Below are positions 42,000 to 52,266 of a stretch of 64,000 nt of DNA, piece by piece (positions within the stretch are counted from its first letter, which is position 1; every line of letters begins with the position of its first letter). Location: NCBI GenBank assembly GCA_034007105.1, contig JAVERM010000001.1, positions 8,434-72,433 of the forward strand, read 5' to 3'. The position numbers and the translations under genes are program-made. The notes below the pieces were generated by a model that worked only from the letters and a program-made list of their open reading frames with translations, was not told the origin of the DNA and ran no database searches. The stretch is from Trichlorobacter sp. (lineage in GTDB: Bacteria; Desulfobacterota; Desulfuromonadia; Geobacterales; Pseudopelobacteraceae).

Positions 42000-42866
42000 A
42001 TGAAAAAAATCGGTATTATTGGCGGCAGCGGTCTTTATGAGATGGAAGGGCTAAAACAGATAGAAGAGATAAAAATCAGTACCCCTTTTGGCGATCCATC
42101 AGATGTGTATGTCAGCGGACAGCTAAACGACGTACAGCTGTTTTTTCTGCCCAGGCATGGTCGTGGACACCGTTACTTGCCTTCGGAAGTAAATTACCGT
42201 GCCAATATTTTTGCCATGAAGCAACTGGGGGTGGAGCGGATAATCTCGGTTTCAGCAGTGGGCAGCCTGCAAGAAGGGATTGCCCCTGGACATATTGTTA
42301 TTCCTGACCAGTTTATTGACCGCACCAAGGGGATCCGTAAAGACACCTTTTTCGGTGAAGGGATAGTTGCCCATGTAGGTTTTGCCGATCCGGTCTGTAA
42401 CTGCCTTTCCAACACTCTTTATCAGGCAGCGCAGGCAGCAGGTGCAACTGTACACCAGGGCGGAACCTACATCTGCATGGAAGGACCTGCATTTTCCACC
42501 AGGGCAGAATCCCACATGTACCGACAACTGGGTGGCAGCATCATCGGCATGACCAACCTGACCGAAGCTAAGCTTGCCAGAGAAGCCGAACTTTGCTACG
42601 CCACCATCGCCCTTTCAACTGATTATGATTGCTGGCACGAAACCCACGATGATGTAACCGTGGAAGCGATTTTGGAAATCATCCACAAAAACGTAACCAT
42701 GGCAAAGGAGATTATCCGCCATGCCGTGGCACCTGCCGCTGAAAAATGCAACTGCAACTGCGCCGAAACACTGACCAACGCCATTATTACCGACAAAACA
42801 AAAATACCGGAAAACACCATAAAAAAACTGGAACCAATACTTGGTCGCCTGTTTCCATCCGGTTGA
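42000..42866 (+). CDS. mtnP: S-methyl-5'-thioadenosine phosphorylase
   Basis: GIIGGSGLY, TPFGDPS, EGPAFSTRAES, TDYDCW. Confidence 0.93.
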   Translation: MKKIGIIGGSGLYEMEGLKQIEEIKISTPFGDPSDVYVSGQLNDVQLFFLPRHGRGHRYLPSEVNYRANIFAMKQLGVERIISVSAVGSLQEGIAPGHIVIPDQFIDRTKGIRKDTFFGEGIVAHVGFADPVCNCLSNTLYQAAQAAGATVHQGGTYICMEGPAFSTRAESHMYRQLGGSIIGMTNLTEAKLAREAELCYATIALSTDYDCWHETHDDVTVEAILEIIHKNVTMAKEIIRHAVAPAAEKCNCNCAETLTNAIITDKTKIPENTIKKLEPILGRLFPSG

Positions 42867-42936
42867 CAGCAGCTGTGTCATCTGCTAATTTTTGTAAGCT
42901 GTTTCAAATGCTTAGACATTTTTATGAGGTCTGCCA

Positions 42937-43686
42937 GTGCGGTATATCCTGTTTCTATCCATAATTTCTGTTTTAACTGTTGCTGGTGGCTGTGCTTCCA
43001 CAGGTATTGATGGCAAAACCGCCTCATACCATTACCAGATGGGGCTTTCCTATCTGGAAGAGCGTAACTATACAGCAGCCCTGATAGAACTTTCTGAAGC
43101 AGAAAAAGCAAACCCTGGTGATGCTGAGCTGCAATACCAGCTGGGCAGGGCTTTGGTTGGCAAAAGACGACTGGATCTGGCAGAACAACGGTTTATGCGG
43201 GCACTTGTGCTACGCCCCAACTATTCGGAAGCCCGCAATGATCTGGGGGTTGTTTACCTTGAGCTTGGTCGCTGGGACAGCGCAATACAACAGTTTAAAA
43301 TAGTGAAAAACGATCTTTTTTATCCTTATCAAGATCATGCCGTTATCAACCTTGGCCTGGGTTACCTTGGCAAAGGTGATTACACCAACGCTCTGAAAGA
43401 GCTGGACAACCTGAAAGCCACAGCACCACGCAACCCGTTATTACGGGTGGCAATCGGCAGGGTTTACTTTGCACAAAACCAACTGGAAAGAGCAATTGAT
43501 GAATTTCAGACCGCACTGGATATAGCACCTGAATATGCAGCAGCACACTTTCACCTTGGACTTACCCTGATGAAGCAGAAAAAATATGCCGCAGCAGCAG
43601 CCTCCTTTGAAACCGTAGTCAGAACCAGTCCTGATAGCGAAAATGGTCGCAATGCACAACATTACTTGGAACTGTTGAAACAATAG
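42937..43686 (+). CDS. TPR lipoprotein (PilF/PilW-like pilotin candidate)
   Basis: Lipobox AGGC, multiple TPRs (EARNDLGVVY); lies before a rodZ-like gene as pilF/pilW often does. Confidence 0.75.
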   Translation: MRYILFLSIISVLTVAGGCASTGIDGKTASYHYQMGLSYLEERNYTAALIELSEAEKANPGDAELQYQLGRALVGKRRLDLAEQRFMRALVLRPNYSEARNDLGVVYLELGRWDSAIQQFKIVKNDLFYPYQDHAVINLGLGYLGKGDYTNALKELDNLKATAPRNPLLRVAIGRVYFAQNQLERAIDEFQTALDIAPEYAAAHFHLGLTLMKQKKYAAAAASFETVVRTSPDSENGRNAQHYLELLKQ

Positions 43687-43704
43687 TTTTCAGGATTACA
43701 ACAG

Positions 43705-44604
43705 GTGGCAAAAGTGGAAGATCTGCAAAAAAACATGGCAGAAACAAGCGAGACAGCAACCATCTCGGTGGGTGAGCTGCTAAAGCAGCAGCGACAAGCT
43801 GCCGACCGCTCCCTTGAAGAGATGGCAGAAGCCACAAAAATCAGCAAATCACACCTGCTGGCAATTGAAAACAACCGTTTTGAAGACCTACCAGGTCCTG
43901 CCTATCTAAAAGGCTTTGTAAGGCTTTATGCCGAGCAGTTGGGGATGGATGCTAACCAGCTACTGACCCAACTCAACCAGCAGCATAAAACCACTCCCGA
44001 AGAAATGCCTGGCATAAAACTGGAAAAGCCTGACAAGCCTGTATTATCCCGCATACAGCGTTATACCCTGCCGCTTTTGCTGTTTATTGCCCTGCTTGCT
44101 TCCACACTGTTTTTTCAGCCGGATAACAAGGATGTGCCAACACCACTTGCCCCCACCAGTCCGGCAATGGTTACACAAAACAACGAGCCGGAACAAAATC
44201 CGGAAAATGAACAGACAGAAACAACAGCAAATACAGCAACAACCTCTGATACAGCTGATCTGAAAACTGACGAAGCAGCAAAAGACAATGCCGAGCAAAC
44301 ACCTTTGCCAGAAGCAGTAAAGCCAGAACCGGTGCAAACTGCATTACCCCGAATCGGCTTCATGGTTAAAATGAAAGTTCACAAAAACGCAACCATAACT
44401 GTTACAATTGACGAGAATATTACCCAGGAATATCAGGTTACAGCTGGTGATATTATTGAGTGGAAAGCAGTGCGCAATATAGAGCTTGATCTGTCCGATG
44501 CCGGAAGTGTTGCGCTGGAACTTGACGGCAAGCCGCTCAATCCAAAAGCTGTCCCTGGTAAACCGCTACACTTGTTGTTGGGAGCAGAGGGAATCATCCC
44601 CTGA
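43705..44604 (+). CDS. rodZ: RodZ-like HTH membrane protein
   Basis: N-terminal HTH (GELLKQQR..AIENN..YLKGFVRLYAEQLG), TM, low-complexity linker, C-terminal beta domain. Confidence 0.75.
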   Translation: MAKVEDLQKNMAETSETATISVGELLKQQRQAADRSLEEMAEATKISKSHLLAIENNRFEDLPGPAYLKGFVRLYAEQLGMDANQLLTQLNQQHKTTPEEMPGIKLEKPDKPVLSRIQRYTLPLLLFIALLASTLFFQPDNKDVPTPLAPTSPAMVTQNNEPEQNPENEQTETTANTATTSDTADLKTDEAAKDNAEQTPLPEAVKPEPVQTALPRIGFMVKMKVHKNATITVTIDENITQEYQVTAGDIIEWKAVRNIELDLSDAGSVALELDGKPLNPKAVPGKPLHLLLGAEGIIP

Positions 44605-44624
44605 AATTGAAAGGAGTAAAAACC

Positions 44625-45074
44625 ATGCAACAGTTTAAAACCATCCTGCTGGCCACTGATTTTTCCGAAAGCTCAATCAAGGCGGCACAATACGCCCTGT
44701 CCATGGCACGCTGTTTTAATGCCCGCCTGCTGGTTCTGCATGTCATCAACGAACCGGTAGACCTGCGCGGATTTTATGTACCCCACATTACCTTTGAAAA
44801 ACTGGAAAAAGAGATTGAAACCAGTGCTGCAAAAATGATGGAAAAATTCTGTGCAGAGCAGTTTGGAGATTTTGAAGCTGTGGAAACAGCCCTGGTTACC
44901 GGAATTCCGTTTGAAGAAATCCTTTTCATGACCGATGAACGCTCGGCAGACCTGATTGTCATTGGTACACACGGTCGCACCGGGCTTGACCACCTGATTT
45001 TTGGCAGCACCGCAGAAAGGGTAGTCCGTTCTGCTTCCTGTCCGGTAATGACTGTCCGTTACACCGGCGAATAA
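44625..45074 (+). CDS. Universal stress protein
   Basis: ILLATDFSESS, DLIVIGTHGRTG, FGSTAERVVR. Confidence 0.93.
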   Translation: MQQFKTILLATDFSESSIKAAQYALSMARCFNARLLVLHVINEPVDLRGFYVPHITFEKLEKEIETSAAKMMEKFCAEQFGDFEAVETALVTGIPFEEILFMTDERSADLIVIGTHGRTGLDHLIFGSTAERVVRSASCPVMTVRYTGE

Positions 45075-45110
45075 AACCGGTCTGAAACTGCAAATATCAG
45101 TTCACGCCAG

Positions 45111-46706
45111 ATGAGCTTTTTATTGCGCAACATCAGTTTGCAGCCAGGACAGAATGAAAAACAGCTTGTCAGCATTGCTGCCGATATAATCGGTGCAACT
45201 GTTGACAAGCTTGAAAACTTCCATATTGTACGTAAGGCAGTTGATGCCAGAAAAAAGCCACGGGTATTGCTTGTATACTCCGTGGCTTTTGACGTAAAAG
45301 ACGCAAACCTGCTGCAACACCTGCAAAACCTTAACCTGCCTGACCTTGGCTTTACAGAACCTGAACCTGCAAATATCACAGACTGCAAAGCCACGCTTAA
45401 TCCAAAACATAAAGAGCAACCAATAGTAATTGTCGGCATGGGACCTGCCGGTCTTTTCTGTGCATTACGCCTTGTCTGGCATGGTCTGCCTGCAACCGTA
45501 CTGGAACGCGGCAAGCCGGTTGCACAACGGGTAAAAGATGTTGCCCTTTTCTGGCAAAAAGGCTTGCTGGATGAAGAAAGCAACGTACAGTTTGGCGAAG
45601 GTGGTGCAGGTACTTTTTCAGATGGCAAGCTTACTTGCCGCCTGCGGGATCCCAACAGCAGATGGATACTTGAGCAGTTAACCCGTTTTGGCGCACCTGC
45701 CGAGATATGCTTTCAGGCAAAACCCCATATCGGTACCGACAGATTGCGCAAAGTCGTAGCACAGATAACTGCATTTTTGCAGCAAAAGGGCTGTGTACTG
45801 CAATATTCCACCCGCTGTACAGGCTTTGGCAGCACAAAAAACCGCATAAATGTGGCGTACACTGCCAATAATGAAGAGCTGCCCTGCCGACACCTGGTGC
45901 TGGCAATCGGTCATAGTGCCAGAGACAGTTACGCCATGCTTGCCTCCAGCAAGCTTATAATGGAAGCAAAACCGTTTGCCATTGGTCTGCGGGTAGAACA
46001 TCCCCAAAGCCTTATTGATAAAATCCAGTATGGCAAGCCCCACCCTGCCCTGCCCCGCGCAGATTACGCACTTACCTTTAACAACAAAAACAGTGGCAGA
46101 AGCTGTTATTCATTCTGTATGTGCCCTGGCGGACTTGTTGTGGCAAGCTCTTCGGAGGCCGGCATGGTGGTTACCAACGGCATGAGCAACCTTGGCAGAA
46201 ACTCTGACCTTGCCAACAGTGCCTTGGTGGTAAATGTACGACCGGAAGATTTCGGGGCAACTGATCCATTAGCTGGCATCCGTTTCCAGCAGCATTGGGA
46301 AAGGCTGGCTTTTGCTGCCGGTAACAGCAGCTACCATGCCCCTGCCAGCAATCTGCTTGCTTTTCTGGGCAGTGGCAGCGGTAATTTCTGCTCAAGCTAT
46401 CGCCCCGCAGTTGTGGAGGCTGATCTGTCTGCCTTACTGCCGGATTATGTAACCAGAACCTTGCAGGAAGGTATTATTGCATTTGGAAAAAAGATGAAAG
46501 GGTTTGTAACCGCTGAAGCAACATTAACAGGTGTGGAAACCCGTACTTCAGCACCGCTGCGTATCTTGCGGGGAAAAGACTGCCAGGCTCTGTCCATTGC
46601 TGGACTATACCCTGCTGGAGAAGGGGCTGGTTATGCCGGCGGCATTATGAGTGCTGCACTTGATGGAGTACGGATTGCAGATATGATTGCTGCACAGATA
46701 AAATAA
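45111..46706 (+). CDS. FAD-dependent oxidoreductase (uncharacterised ~530-aa family)
   Basis: VGMGPAGLF, FGEGGAGTFSDGKL, HIGTD, FCMCPGG, GEGAGYAGGIMSAA. Confidence 0.9.
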   Translation: MSFLLRNISLQPGQNEKQLVSIAADIIGATVDKLENFHIVRKAVDARKKPRVLLVYSVAFDVKDANLLQHLQNLNLPDLGFTEPEPANITDCKATLNPKHKEQPIVIVGMGPAGLFCALRLVWHGLPATVLERGKPVAQRVKDVALFWQKGLLDEESNVQFGEGGAGTFSDGKLTCRLRDPNSRWILEQLTRFGAPAEICFQAKPHIGTDRLRKVVAQITAFLQQKGCVLQYSTRCTGFGSTKNRINVAYTANNEELPCRHLVLAIGHSARDSYAMLASSKLIMEAKPFAIGLRVEHPQSLIDKIQYGKPHPALPRADYALTFNNKNSGRSCYSFCMCPGGLVVASSSEAGMVVTNGMSNLGRNSDLANSALVVNVRPEDFGATDPLAGIRFQQHWERLAFAAGNSSYHAPASNLLAFLGSGSGNFCSSYRPAVVEADLSALLPDYVTRTLQEGIIAFGKKMKGFVTAEATLTGVETRTSAPLRILRGKDCQALSIAGLYPAGEGAGYAGGIMSAALDGVRIADMIAAQIK

Positions 46707-46716
46707 CCCTTTCCGG

Positions 46717-47991
46717 TTATCCGAAGCGATAAACCATCCTGCCTTCCTGATACAGTTCAATCGGTCCATCCTGCGAGACTTTAATCACCTTGCCAAAAAA
46801 TGATGCTGCAATGGATGCCGTGGTTCTGCCGCCTCCTGTAACCATTTCCCGCGCATGGGATGTGTCAATAATAAATCCGGCTGCCAGCAGTTTGCCATTT
46901 TTATCAAGCACTGTCATGCCATCGGATGAAAGAATACGGAACAACATGCCGTTTGCCTTTAACTGGCTGACTGTGTGCCCTTTTACCTGACTTGCAAGCA
47001 ACTGTCCAATGGGATCATTGCCCCCCACCGAACCTTTTTTTAAAGATGCCAGCTGGCGTGCGGTGCCGGTGTAAATCAGAATTACTGTGCCATGACGCTG
47101 CTTTGACAGCGCGTACACTGTCCAGAGCAGGTCAACAATGGCATCAGAGTTTATGCAATCACCAAGAAACCCGCTGATCATTTCCGGATCAAACACTGCC
47201 CAGCGACCTTTACGCCGCACCAGCAGCTTACTTTGGCTAAGCAGCACTTCAATTTCAGAAACATCATTTACCGTAATGGCAAAAGCACCGGAGCCAAGCC
47301 GCTTTACCAGTGAAAACATCTCCTTTTGAGTTGTACGCTCAATATCCGTATAACAGGTGCTGCTATCAGTGCGTAACAGACCGGATACCAACATCTGAAT
47401 ATTGGCAATAAAAAACAGGTTCTGACCATCCACAAAACGGTAAGTTAGCGGATTATCAAGAAAATCAGATGAAATAGGTTGTGGTGGCTGCAAAGGTATC
47501 AGGCTATGACGGCGTTCTTTAAGGGTTTTGCGCAGCAAAGGTTCTGTGGTGCGGTGTACAAGAAAACCAGTGGTGGCTGGCTTGCCTTCATAACGTTGGT
47601 AGGAAAGATGCTTTAATAACTGGAGTAATTGCTGAATCGGCCAAAACCCTTTGCCACGGTCACCCCGCAAAAAACGCGCCACTGTTATATCCATAATTGA
47701 TGCCAATAGCGCAGTACGGAAATGGGCTGCATAACCATCCATTTTAAAACCACTGTACAATCCGGTAAAGGCAATCAGTAATTCACGGCAAAAGTGGATT
47801 TCAAGCTTTGTAAAAGGAAGTCCGGCACGGGTGGCAGTAAAAAGGTAGGACTTGTTCTCTAGTTGGGCAGGTAGCAGCAAAACGCCTTCAGCAATCTCGC
47901 TCTCTCCCCCGCCTGATCTGAAATCAATTCTGGCATCACCAAGAAATGAACTTACAGCAGGGCTTATGGCTTCAAAAATATTCTGGGGCAT
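46717..47991 (-). CDS. Hypothetical protein with C-terminal divergent diadenylate-cyclase (DisA_N/DAC)-like domain
   Basis: RHGTVILI, SSDGMTVLD, GGGRTTASIAAS, IKVSQDGPI appear in the same order as DAC motifs HG..DGA..G.RHR.A..VS.DG. Confidence 0.6.
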   Translation of the reverse strand: MPQNIFEAISPAVSSFLGDARIDFRSGGGESEIAEGVLLLPAQLENKSYLFTATRAGLPFTKLEIHFCRELLIAFTGLYSGFKMDGYAAHFRTALLASIMDITVARFLRGDRGKGFWPIQQLLQLLKHLSYQRYEGKPATTGFLVHRTTEPLLRKTLKERRHSLIPLQPPQPISSDFLDNPLTYRFVDGQNLFFIANIQMLVSGLLRTDSSTCYTDIERTTQKEMFSLVKRLGSGAFAITVNDVSEIEVLLSQSKLLVRRKGRWAVFDPEMISGFLGDCINSDAIVDLLWTVYALSKQRHGTVILIYTGTARQLASLKKGSVGGNDPIGQLLASQVKGHTVSQLKANGMLFRILSSDGMTVLDKNGKLLAAGFIIDTSHAREMVTGGGRTTASIAASFFGKVIKVSQDGPIELYQEGRMVYRFG

Positions 47992-48127
47992 AATAACCTG
48001 TTTCCTGTTTGCGTATCATGGAGCTTAAAATTTTTAAAGGATTACAATAAGTAACAAAAATAATCACTATCCTCAACAAGGTTTATTATGGCAGCATGCT
48101 GCATTTTCTGCTTATGCCTGAAACTGC

Positions 48128-48940
48128 TTAAATCTCTGTAAAACCCTGCCCAATAGTCTGCCCAGTCAACCTGGCAATCAAAGGCAATCTCCGCTTGAAC
48201 TGCGAGCTGCGCATACGCTGTTGCACCTTGTTAATCAGTTCGGCGGAAAAACCTGCTGCCAGCAGCTCTACATAACCAACCTGTTTTTCAATCATCAGAT
48301 AAAACAGCTGATCAACCTCATGGTAGGTAAACCCAAGGTCAGCTTCATCGGTTTGCCCTGCCCACAAATCAGCAGAAGGCTGCTTTTTAATCACTTGCGG
48401 ACAAACACCCATTGCTTCTGAAAGCTGCCATACCTGGCTTTTGTAAAGATCACCAATGGGGTTTAAGGCACTTGCCAGATCGCCGTATATTGTTGAATAA
48501 CCCAGCAACAGCTCGGTTTTATTGCTGGTACCCAACACCAATGCCCCCAGAAATGAAGAATGATCAAATAGTATGGACATCCGCTCCCGCGCCATTTTGT
48601 TACCACGGCGCATATTGTCTGCATCAGGATACTGCGCAAAATAAGCATCAACCATTGGCGTTACCGGAATCAGCTTAAAGTTTACCCCTGTCTGTTGTGC
48701 CACCTGCCTGGCATCAGCCTCACTGTCCGGATTGCTGCTTTTGTAAGGCATACAAAGGGCGTGGACATTTTCTGCACCCAATGCTTCGGCTGCCAGATGA
48801 CAGACCAATGCCGAATCAACACCTCCGGAAAGCCCCAGCACAGCTTTTTTAAATCCGCTTTTTTTAAACTCATTTTTCAGAAAATCAACCAGAGTATTAC
48901 GCACAAAGTCTGTGTCTATATGAAGATTTGCTTTCATCAT
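48128..48940 (-). CDS. nadE: NH3-dependent NAD+ synthetase
   Basis: [37 protein letters not shown]. Confidence 0.95.
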   Translation of the reverse strand: MMKANLHIDTDFVRNTLVDFLKNEFKKSGFKKAVLGLSGGVDSALVCHLAAEALGAENVHALCMPYKSSNPDSEADARQVAQQTGVNFKLIPVTPMVDAYFAQYPDADNMRRGNKMARERMSILFDHSSFLGALVLGTSNKTELLLGYSTIYGDLASALNPIGDLYKSQVWQLSEAMGVCPQVIKKQPSADLWAGQTDEADLGFTYHEVDQLFYLMIEKQVGYVELLAAGFSAELINKVQQRMRSSQFKRRLPLIARLTGQTIGQGFTEI

Positions 48941-48979
48941 ATTTCCCTTTTCAAGTGGTTTAACGGACTGAAATCATGA

Positions 48980-49714
48980 TCACAATCCCAACATTTGTGC
49001 TGCCTCCTCCGTATACTCCAGCTTGTCGGTTCGGACAACAAACGGAGGCAGCAGCTTTGTACTGACCATACCATTACTGTTACCCTTACCAAGCTCTGCC
49101 AGAAAAACCTTTGCCTCACTGGTTGGGGTTCCATGAACAAACCTGAGCCTGCGCACAGCCAGTTTTAGCTGGATGGCTATGGCCATAAACTCTGGCAAAC
49201 GCGCCGGATGGTAAACAAAACAGATTCGCCCGGATGGTTTTACAAGGTATTTGGCAAGGGAGATAAAATCATACAGCCTGGCACTGGTTTCATGCCTTGC
49301 AGACAGTTTGCTCGGGTGATGGCTTGGTCTGCCATGCCCGATCCTGTAGTAGGGAGGATTACTGACCACCAGATCAAAATCTGAAACAGGCAGCTCTTTT
49401 TGCAGGTGCAGCAGATCATTGCAGATAACCTGCACACGTTCTGCAAGGTTGTTAAGCACAGCATTATTGGCAGCAAGTTGTGCCATTACCGGTTCTTTCT
49501 CTATGGCAACGACTTTTGCATCTGCTGCCATTCGTGCCAGCACCAGGGCAATAATACCACTGCCGCTACCAATATCAGCAATGCTGTTTTCTGTTGATGC
49601 AGCACAAAAGTCACACAGCAAAAGCGGATCAAGGTTAAAGCGGTAGCCTTTTTCCGGCTGATCCAGCAAAAGACCAAAACGTTTCAGCTCGTCTCGGGTA
49701 AGGCTTTCTGGCAT
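48980..49714 (-). CDS. tRNA1(Val) A37 N6-methyltransferase-like protein
   Basis: GYRFNLDPLLL, DIGSGSG, NPPYY, ARHE. Confidence 0.85.
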   Translation of the reverse strand: MPESLTRDELKRFGLLLDQPEKGYRFNLDPLLLCDFCAASTENSIADIGSGSGIIALVLARMAADAKVVAIEKEPVMAQLAANNAVLNNLAERVQVICNDLLHLQKELPVSDFDLVVSNPPYYRIGHGRPSHHPSKLSARHETSARLYDFISLAKYLVKPSGRICFVYHPARLPEFMAIAIQLKLAVRRLRFVHGTPTSEAKVFLAELGKGNSNGMVSTKLLPPFVVRTDKLEYTEEAAQMLGL

Positions 49715-49729
49715 GGGAGGAAAACCTTT

Positions 49730-50317
49730 TCAGAAGCCTGCTGTTTGTGCCACATACTGCAAAACCTGCACAAAACGGACACCAAACTCACCATTGCAGC
49801 GGCTGCAAACAGAGAAAAACGGCTTGCCATTTTTACCTTTATCAACCGGCAGCTCATGTTTATGCTCACAGTAAGGGCAGCTGGCTGTTACAAAACTCTG
49901 CAATGCCGGTTTCACCTCACTTTTGCCAGACTTTCTGGCTTTTTTGGTTTTACTGACCACTACAGGAGCTTCCAACGGAGATGGTTGCTCAACTGTTGCA
50001 GGAGGCTTTGGCGTATTTTGCGCTTTTCTTGTTAAACGGGTTTGTATCGGCATGGTTTGCAGCTCTTCAGTAGCTTTATCCGGTGGCGGTGTTACATCTT
50101 CACCGCGTAAAGCCTTGCGCCACAGTGCCGGCAGGCTGCTTTTTGAATAGCGGACCGTTTTTCCGGCTTTGGTTTGTGCTGCCCCATCTGCCACAACATA
50201 GTAACGCTCACGGTACAAGACCAGGTTAAGGTCACCGGCAGCGGCAACCTTAACTCCGGAAGACATCTTGTTATCAAGCCAAAATGAGACTGTTTCTGCT
50301 GATATATCCATTATCAA
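49730..50317 (-). CDS. Hypothetical protein with C-terminal zinc ribbon
   Basis: CPYC...CSRC pair after a Pro/Lys-rich linker; overlaps MCP stop. Confidence 0.7.
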   Translation of the reverse strand: MIMDISAETVSFWLDNKMSSGVKVAAAGDLNLVLYRERYYVVADGAAQTKAGKTVRYSKSSLPALWRKALRGEDVTPPPDKATEELQTMPIQTRLTRKAQNTPKPPATVEQPSPLEAPVVVSKTKKARKSGKSEVKPALQSFVTASCPYCEHKHELPVDKGKNGKPFFSVCSRCNGEFGVRFVQVLQYVAQTAGF

Positions 50318-52023
50318 AGCCTGAAACGTCCCACCAGCAGGTTAAGCCGCTCGGTTATGCGGTGCAGTTCGTCTGCTTCTGATCCGGCGTTGCGGGCACC
50401 AGCCATGGTCTGCTCTGCTTCGCCAACTATACGCTGCATATTATGGCTGATATCATTGGTGGCAGCGGTTTGTTCTTCTGCTGCTGTGGCAATCTGGTTT
50501 ATCTGGTCAGTCAGCCCTGAAACCTGGGCAAGAATTTCTTCAAGGGCTTCACCGGAGCGGGCTGCTTCACCTGTACCCTGCTCCACCGCAACAACGCCGG
50601 CCTCCATTGATGAAACCGCATTGGCAGTTTCCTGCTGAATTACCTTAATCATATCGGCAATTTCCCGCGTTGCCCTGGTGGTGCGCTCGGCAAGGGCGCG
50701 CACCTCATCGGCAACCACCGCAAAACCACGCCCCATCTCACCTGCTCTGGCTGCTTCAATGGCAGCGTTTAAAGCCAGAAGATTGGTCTGATCAGCGATG
50801 TCTTCAATGGTGCCGATAATCTGTCCAATCTGATCTGAACGGGAGCCAAGGGATTCTACAGTGCGTGCGCTTTCCTGCACCCGATCGGCAATGGCACTGA
50901 TGCTGGCAACGGCAGCATGTACTACTGTTGCGCCGGACTGGGCTGTGCTACACGCCTGGTTAGCGTTTTCATAGGCTTGTATGCAGCTTTCGGCAATACT
51001 GTGTGATGTGGCTGCCACCTCTTCCACCGCAGTTGCCACCGATGTTGCATGACCACCCACATCAGTGGAGCTGGTTACAATCTGCACTGTTGCACTTTGC
51101 ATAATATCGGTACGTGTGCCCACTTCATGGGAAGAATCACGTACCTGGCTGATAATGCCGTGCAGGTTGCCAAGGAAACGGTTGAAAACCGATGCCAGTG
51201 CGCCGGTTTCATCCTCTTGCACAACAGCCAGACGACTGGTGAGATCCCCTTCTCCACTGGCCATTTTCTCCAGGGTTTCCTGCATCTGCTCAAGGGGAAG
51301 TACAACACCTCTGCCCACAAAAAACGCCAGCACAATGGCAAACAGGGCAAGACCAAAAGTGCCACCAAGCATAATCCACATCATCTGCCTTACCTGGTTA
51401 TCCACATCATCTATGTATATCCCGCTGCCTAGCACCCATCCCCAGGGTGCAAATTGCTTAACATAGGAAAGCTTGGGATAAAGCTCGCTGGTGGTACCGC
51501 CGCCCGGCTTTGCCTTTGGCCATTCATAGATAACAAAACCATGACCTGACCTTTGTGCAACTTCGGCAAAGGCTGAAAACAGGTTCATTGCCGATAGTTT
51601 TTTCTCTGCACCATCGGTGCCATCACGCATATAGGTGGCTTTATTAAACTTGGGATCATCAAGAAGCTTGCCATTAAGTGCAGGCACAGTGGGATGCATA
51701 ATCATTGTAGGAATCGGGCTGCCCAGATCATTTATCCATAGATATTCAATCGCCTCATAACGCAGTGTTGCAATCCGTTTGCTTGCCAGCTGCTGGGCTT
51801 CTTCAGTATCAATGCTGCCGCTTTGTACTTCCTGCTCATAGCTTTCAAGTACTCCCATGGCCAGCTCAACAATATGGCGGGTGGCTGCCTCTTTTTCATG
51901 CAGCAGGTTCCTTTTCAGGTAGGGCAGGATATAGGCAAACAATCCCACCAACATGGCAATAACGGTGATTAGCGTAATGCTGATGATTTTACTTCTGATA
52001 GACCAGTTGCGGTAGTTAAACAC
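50314..52023 (-). CDS. Methyl-accepting chemotaxis protein (single Cache sensor)
   Basis: Two TMs, [38 protein letters not shown]. Confidence 0.96.
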   Translation of the reverse strand: MFNYRNWSIRSKIISITLITVIAMLVGLFAYILPYLKRNLLHEKEAATRHIVELAMGVLESYEQEVQSGSIDTEEAQQLASKRIATLRYEAIEYLWINDLGSPIPTMIMHPTVPALNGKLLDDPKFNKATYMRDGTDGAEKKLSAMNLFSAFAEVAQRSGHGFVIYEWPKAKPGGGTTSELYPKLSYVKQFAPWGWVLGSGIYIDDVDNQVRQMMWIMLGGTFGLALFAIVLAFFVGRGVVLPLEQMQETLEKMASGEGDLTSRLAVVQEDETGALASVFNRFLGNLHGIISQVRDSSHEVGTRTDIMQSATVQIVTSSTDVGGHATSVATAVEEVAATSHSIAESCIQAYENANQACSTAQSGATVVHAAVASISAIADRVQESARTVESLGSRSDQIGQIIGTIEDIADQTNLLALNAAIEAARAGEMGRGFAVVADEVRALAERTTRATREIADMIKVIQQETANAVSSMEAGVVAVEQGTGEAARSGEALEEILAQVSGLTDQINQIATAAEEQTAATNDISHNMQRIVGEAEQTMAGARNAGSEADELHRITERLNLLVGRFRL

Positions 52024-52266
52024 TTTTGCAGCTCCTTCCTTTCAATGCAGACGGGTCAGGAAATATACCTGACCTGATTACGGTTTTAAGCTTTACAGGT
52101 ACAACCAAAACAAAATGGTGTAACAAGCTTTTCTTATTAAGATTTCCTACATTATACATAAAGAAAACAGTATACACATCCATTTTTTTATCGGTCAATA
52201 CTTGCCTGTTTTGCGTCACAGGTGTATTATATTCCGCTATTCTGTTTAGAAAGGTGTGTAATTTTT

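Noticed and set aside
52030-52130. GGTCAGG/CCTGACC hairpin upstream of the MCP as a cyclic-dinucleotide riboswitch
   Set aside because: No GEMM-I core (GGCAAAC...GACGCAAAG) is present.
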